From the NCBI GenBank assembly GCA_943788175.1, contig CALSPG010000006.1, forward strand, positions 128,001 through 192,000: DNA of 64,000 nucleotides, read 5' to 3'. Origin of the DNA: an uncultured bacterium. Lineage in GTDB: Bacteria > Fidelibacterota > Marinisomatia > Marinisomatales > UBA1611. Under the pieces are notes generated by a model. It did not search any database. It was not told the origin of the DNA and was given only the letters and a program-made list of their open reading frames with translations. A program made the translations under genes and the position numbers. This document shows, in pieces, positions 61,034 through 64,000 of this stretch; positions within the stretch are counted from its first letter, which is position 1; each line of letters opens with the position of its first letter.

Positions 61034-62769
61034 ATTCTTTCAAACCTTCTATCTAACTCCTCTAACGATAATTGCATTATTATTGGCCTTCCATGGGGGC
61101 AATAATAAGGATGCTCTGTAGAAAATAAACGATTAACCAACATAACCATTTCATCTTTTGACATTTGATCTCCAGCTTTAACCGCCGCTTTACAAGCAAA
61201 AGACGCAGCCAATGCCTCTTTATAAGAGCTATACTTTTTTCTTGTACTTATGAACTCATCTATAATTTCCTTAATAATTTTTTTCTCATCACCCCAGCTG
61301 ATATCTGAAGGAGTGGCTTCAACAACTAGTTTTGAATTTTCTGTTTCAACTATTTTAAACCCGATTTTTTCAAGGTAAGGAAAAATTTCTAAAAGGATAT
61401 CATATTCATCTTTTGAAAATTCAATTTCTTCTGGGAATAATAAAGTTTGAGATGACATTATTTTTGATTCAAACGCTTGTAAACACTCTTCATAAAGTAC
61501 TCTTTCGTGCGCCACATGCTGATCAATAACAACTAATCCACTATTTAATTCAGAAATGATATATTTCTTATGCACCTGCCACATTTTTTCAATGTTAAAA
61601 TTGTCTATTCCGTCTTTTGAAGAGTCAATATTTGATGCGTAAAGTTTTGCCCTATCAGTTTTTTCAAGGTTTGAAACCAGTCCGTTACCTTGAATGGTAT
61701 TGTTGAAATCAATAGAAGACTGATTATTAGAATTTTGAAAAAATGAGCTTGAGTCAGAGCTTATTCTTTGAAAATTTGGAATTGTATTTAGTATCTCTGA
61801 TAACGATTGACTTACTCCAGACTTTAATACATGATATACTCTCCATTCATCATTGAATCTAACTTCTGTTTTCATTGGATGAACATTGACGTCTACCTGT
61901 TCATAGGGCATTTGAATATTAATAATAAAAAATGGGTACTCTCCTCGCTGTACTAGGGATTGATAAGAAGAATAAACTGCAGAATTTAAAAGTCTATCTT
62001 TAATGTATCTACCATTCAAATAAATATATTGTTCTCCAAAACGTTTTCGAACGAGATTAAGGTTCCCAATATATCCTGTAAAAGTAAAATCCGCTTTTGA
62101 AATTTCTATAGGAATAATATTTTTTTGATAGGTATTATCAAATAAAGAACCAATTCTTTCTGATAATGTTTCAATTAATAAATTAATCACTTTTTTCCCA
62201 TCTACGACCAAAGAGAAACCAACCTGAGGATTTGACAATCCAAAACGTTTGACCATCTCAATAATTTTTCTTCCTTCAGTTCGAGGGGTTTTTAAAAATT
62301 TCCTTCGTGCTGGGGTGTTGTAGAATAGATTCTGAATAGTAATTTGAGTTCCACTAATGCTTGGGGCCGGCTTTATACCACCCGCCTGCCCATCTATTAC
62401 ACTAATTTCTGCGCCACCAGAATTCCCATCATCGGAAATAATTGATAATTGAGCAACCGAAGCAATGCTCGCTAAAGCTTCGCCTCTAAATCCAAGCGTG
62501 TTAATATTAAATAAATCATCTAGTTTCGATAATTTACTCGTATGAAAACGTTTAATTGAATTAGGCAGCTGATCTTTTTTAATGCCGATACCATTGTCTC
62601 TGACCTGAATCAATTGATTTCCTCCCTGCTCAATTGTAATGTCAATTTGATTTGAATTAGCATCAAGACTATTTTCTAGCAATTCTTTTACTACAGAAGA
62701 CGGTCTTTCAACAACCTCACCAGCAGAAATTTTATTTTGTAAATCTTCAGAAAGGCGAGAAATATTCAT
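61030..62769 (-). CDS. mutL: DNA mismatch repair endonuclease MutL
   Basis: AGEVVERP, GFRGEAL, DQHVAHER and CPHGRP. Confidence 0.97.
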   Translation of the reverse strand: MNISRLSEDLQNKISAGEVVERPSSVVKELLENSLDANSNQIDITIEQGGNQLIQVRDNGIGIKKDQLPNSIKRFHTSKLSKLDDLFNINTLGFRGEALASIASVAQLSIISDDGNSGGAEISVIDGQAGGIKPAPSISGTQITIQNLFYNTPARRKFLKTPRTEGRKIIEMVKRFGLSNPQVGFSLVVDGKKVINLLIETLSERIGSLFDNTYQKNIIPIEISKADFTFTGYIGNLNLVRKRFGEQYIYLNGRYIKDRLLNSAVYSSYQSLVQRGEYPFFIINIQMPYEQVDVNVHPMKTEVRFNDEWRVYHVLKSGVSQSLSEILNTIPNFQRISSDSSSFFQNSNNQSSIDFNNTIQGNGLVSNLEKTDRAKLYASNIDSSKDGIDNFNIEKMWQVHKKYIISELNSGLVVIDQHVAHERVLYEECLQAFESKIMSSQTLLFPEEIEFSKDEYDILLEIFPYLEKIGFKIVETENSKLVVEATPSDISWGDEKKIIKEIIDEFISTRKKYSSYKEALAASFACKAAVKAGDQMSKDEMVMLVNRLFSTEHPYYCPHGRPIIMQLSLEELDRRFERI

Positions 62770-62770
62770 T

Positions 62771-64000
62771 TTAAATATTATGGCTAATTATTTTTTTTGT
62801 TAATGAAAAAGCTCTCCGGTGTAAATAAACAGATTCTTTCAAAATATTGTCAACTTTTTCAACGATTTTAGAATCGTAGTCTTCAATTTTTTCAAAACTT
62901 GATAGATTGATTAATACATTCATACAACCTCCACGAGCACCAGCTAGACCTACCTCTGCTGCAACATGACCATCAGTTACAGAATTTGGGTTTCCATTTT
63001 TAATTATATCTATTGACATCCTAATAATTTCCAGTGAAACCTGGGCAGTTTCAAGCGGAGTATCCGTAGCAAGTTTATTAGCTAAAAATAGTTTTTTGGC
63101 TTTATTTTTTTTATCTAATGATGTTTTACTTGGAAGTTTATTAGCTGACATGAGATCATAAAATGCTGCAGTATCTTCATCGACAAGTTCCATTAATCTT
63201 TTTTGATATTTTTGCGCTTGCTCACCAAAATCACTCATTTTTTTCTTCTTATTTATGAACTCTTTTTTTTCATGAGTAAGTGCGGCGACCATTGATAATA
63301 GAGCAGCACCTAAGGCCCCAGCAAAAGCAGATACGCTTCCTCCACCTGGGGCAGGACTACTTTCTGATATAGAAGAAATTAAATTTCGCCCAGTTAAGTC
63401 CATTAGCTTTGTAGCTTTGTCAGCAATAGCATACTCAATAATTTTTTCACTTACCTTGAAAGTTGATACATCATTAAGACCTAAACTTTGAATAGCACAT
63501 TCTAAAACATCATTTTCCGATACCCCTAGAGTCCTACCCTGTTTATTAAGATAATATTTTCCGGATGATAAAATTGCCTTTTTAGGTATGAGCCCCACTA
63601 ATTCGCTCCCAGTCACTCGAATACCTCTCATATTAGCCAATTCACAAACAGCATCAAAAACATGGTGTAATGAAGATATTTTAAAATTTGTAAAATTTAT
63701 AGATATTTGAGCCCTATTATATTCTTCTACATACCACCCTATTGCTTTAATATTTTTAAATATTCCAGGTACTTTTACTGGAGAGCCATCTTTATTTCTT
63801 ACAATTTCTCCATCGAGCAGATTATGTGATTCAGGATTTTTTTTACGTTTACTTCTACCTAGCTCTCTTATATCAAATGCTATGTCTGTAGCTAAACGTT
63901 TATCTTTTGTATTTAAATTAATATTATATGCAATTAAGAATTCTCTACATCCAATTACAGTTGCGCCTGCAAATTTATTCAGAGGTTCAACACCATAGTC
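62771..64000 (-). CDS. ftcd: Bifunctional glutamate formiminotransferase / cyclodeaminase (5' part outside the window)
   Basis: The frame stays open upstream of 63640 (GATVIGCREFLIAYNINL, KAIGW, AQISIN, GSELVGL); cyclodeaminase motif PAPGGGS. Confidence 0.9.
   Translation of the reverse strand, partial: DYGVEPLNKFAGATVIGCREFLIAYNINLNTKDKRLATDIAFDIRELGRSKRKKNPESHNLLDGEIVRNKDGSPVKVPGIFKNIKAIGWYVEEYNRAQISINFTNFKISSLHHVFDAVCELANMRGIRVTGSELVGLIPKKAILSSGKYYLNKQGRTLGVSENDVLECAIQSLGLNDVSTFKVSEKIIEYAIADKATKLMDLTGRNLISSISESSPAPGGGSVSAFAGALGAALLSMVAALTHEKKEFINKKKKMSDFGEQAQKYQKRLMELVDEDTAAFYDLMSANKLPSKTSLDKKNKAKKLFLANKLATDTPLETAQVSLEIIRMSIDIIKNGNPNSVTDGHVAAEVGLAGARGGCMNVLINLSSFEKIEDYDSKIVEKVDNILKESVYLHRRAFSLTKKIISHNI

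Overview
AT-rich, gene-dense chromosomal segment of a marine-type diderm bacterium. An FCB-related lineage such as Marinimicrobia is inferred from the rplM-rpsI-rpsB-tsf order, PNPFN C-terminal sorting domains and a short RpoD-like sigma factor. Most of it is housekeeping: sigma70, htpG, amn, system II cytochrome c biogenesis, a DEAD helicase, yaaA, typA, tRNA-fMet, der, class II RNR, frr-pyrH-tsf-rpsB-rpsI-rplM, pyrR-pyrB-pyrC with a PyrR RNA element, miaA, mutL and FTCD. It also carries many secreted hydrolases. No CRISPR array, integrase or transposase was seen. Most notable: (1) an uncalled 44-aa, 16-Cys, His-free metallothionein-like gene (22607..22741, minus) behind an acidic repeat lipoprotein and near a divergent TonB-dependent receptor and TPMT-family methylase; (2) a compact operon of a Pycsar-type membrane effector, a collagen-like lipoprotein and a GAF-adenylate cyclase with purine-type specificity residues; (3) two related intergenic hairpins carrying anti-Shine-Dalgarno sequence; (4) a secreted PETase/cutinase-like hydrolase and a secreted Ntn amidotransferase. 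Three single-base frameshifts, one in essential der, suggest residual sequencing error.
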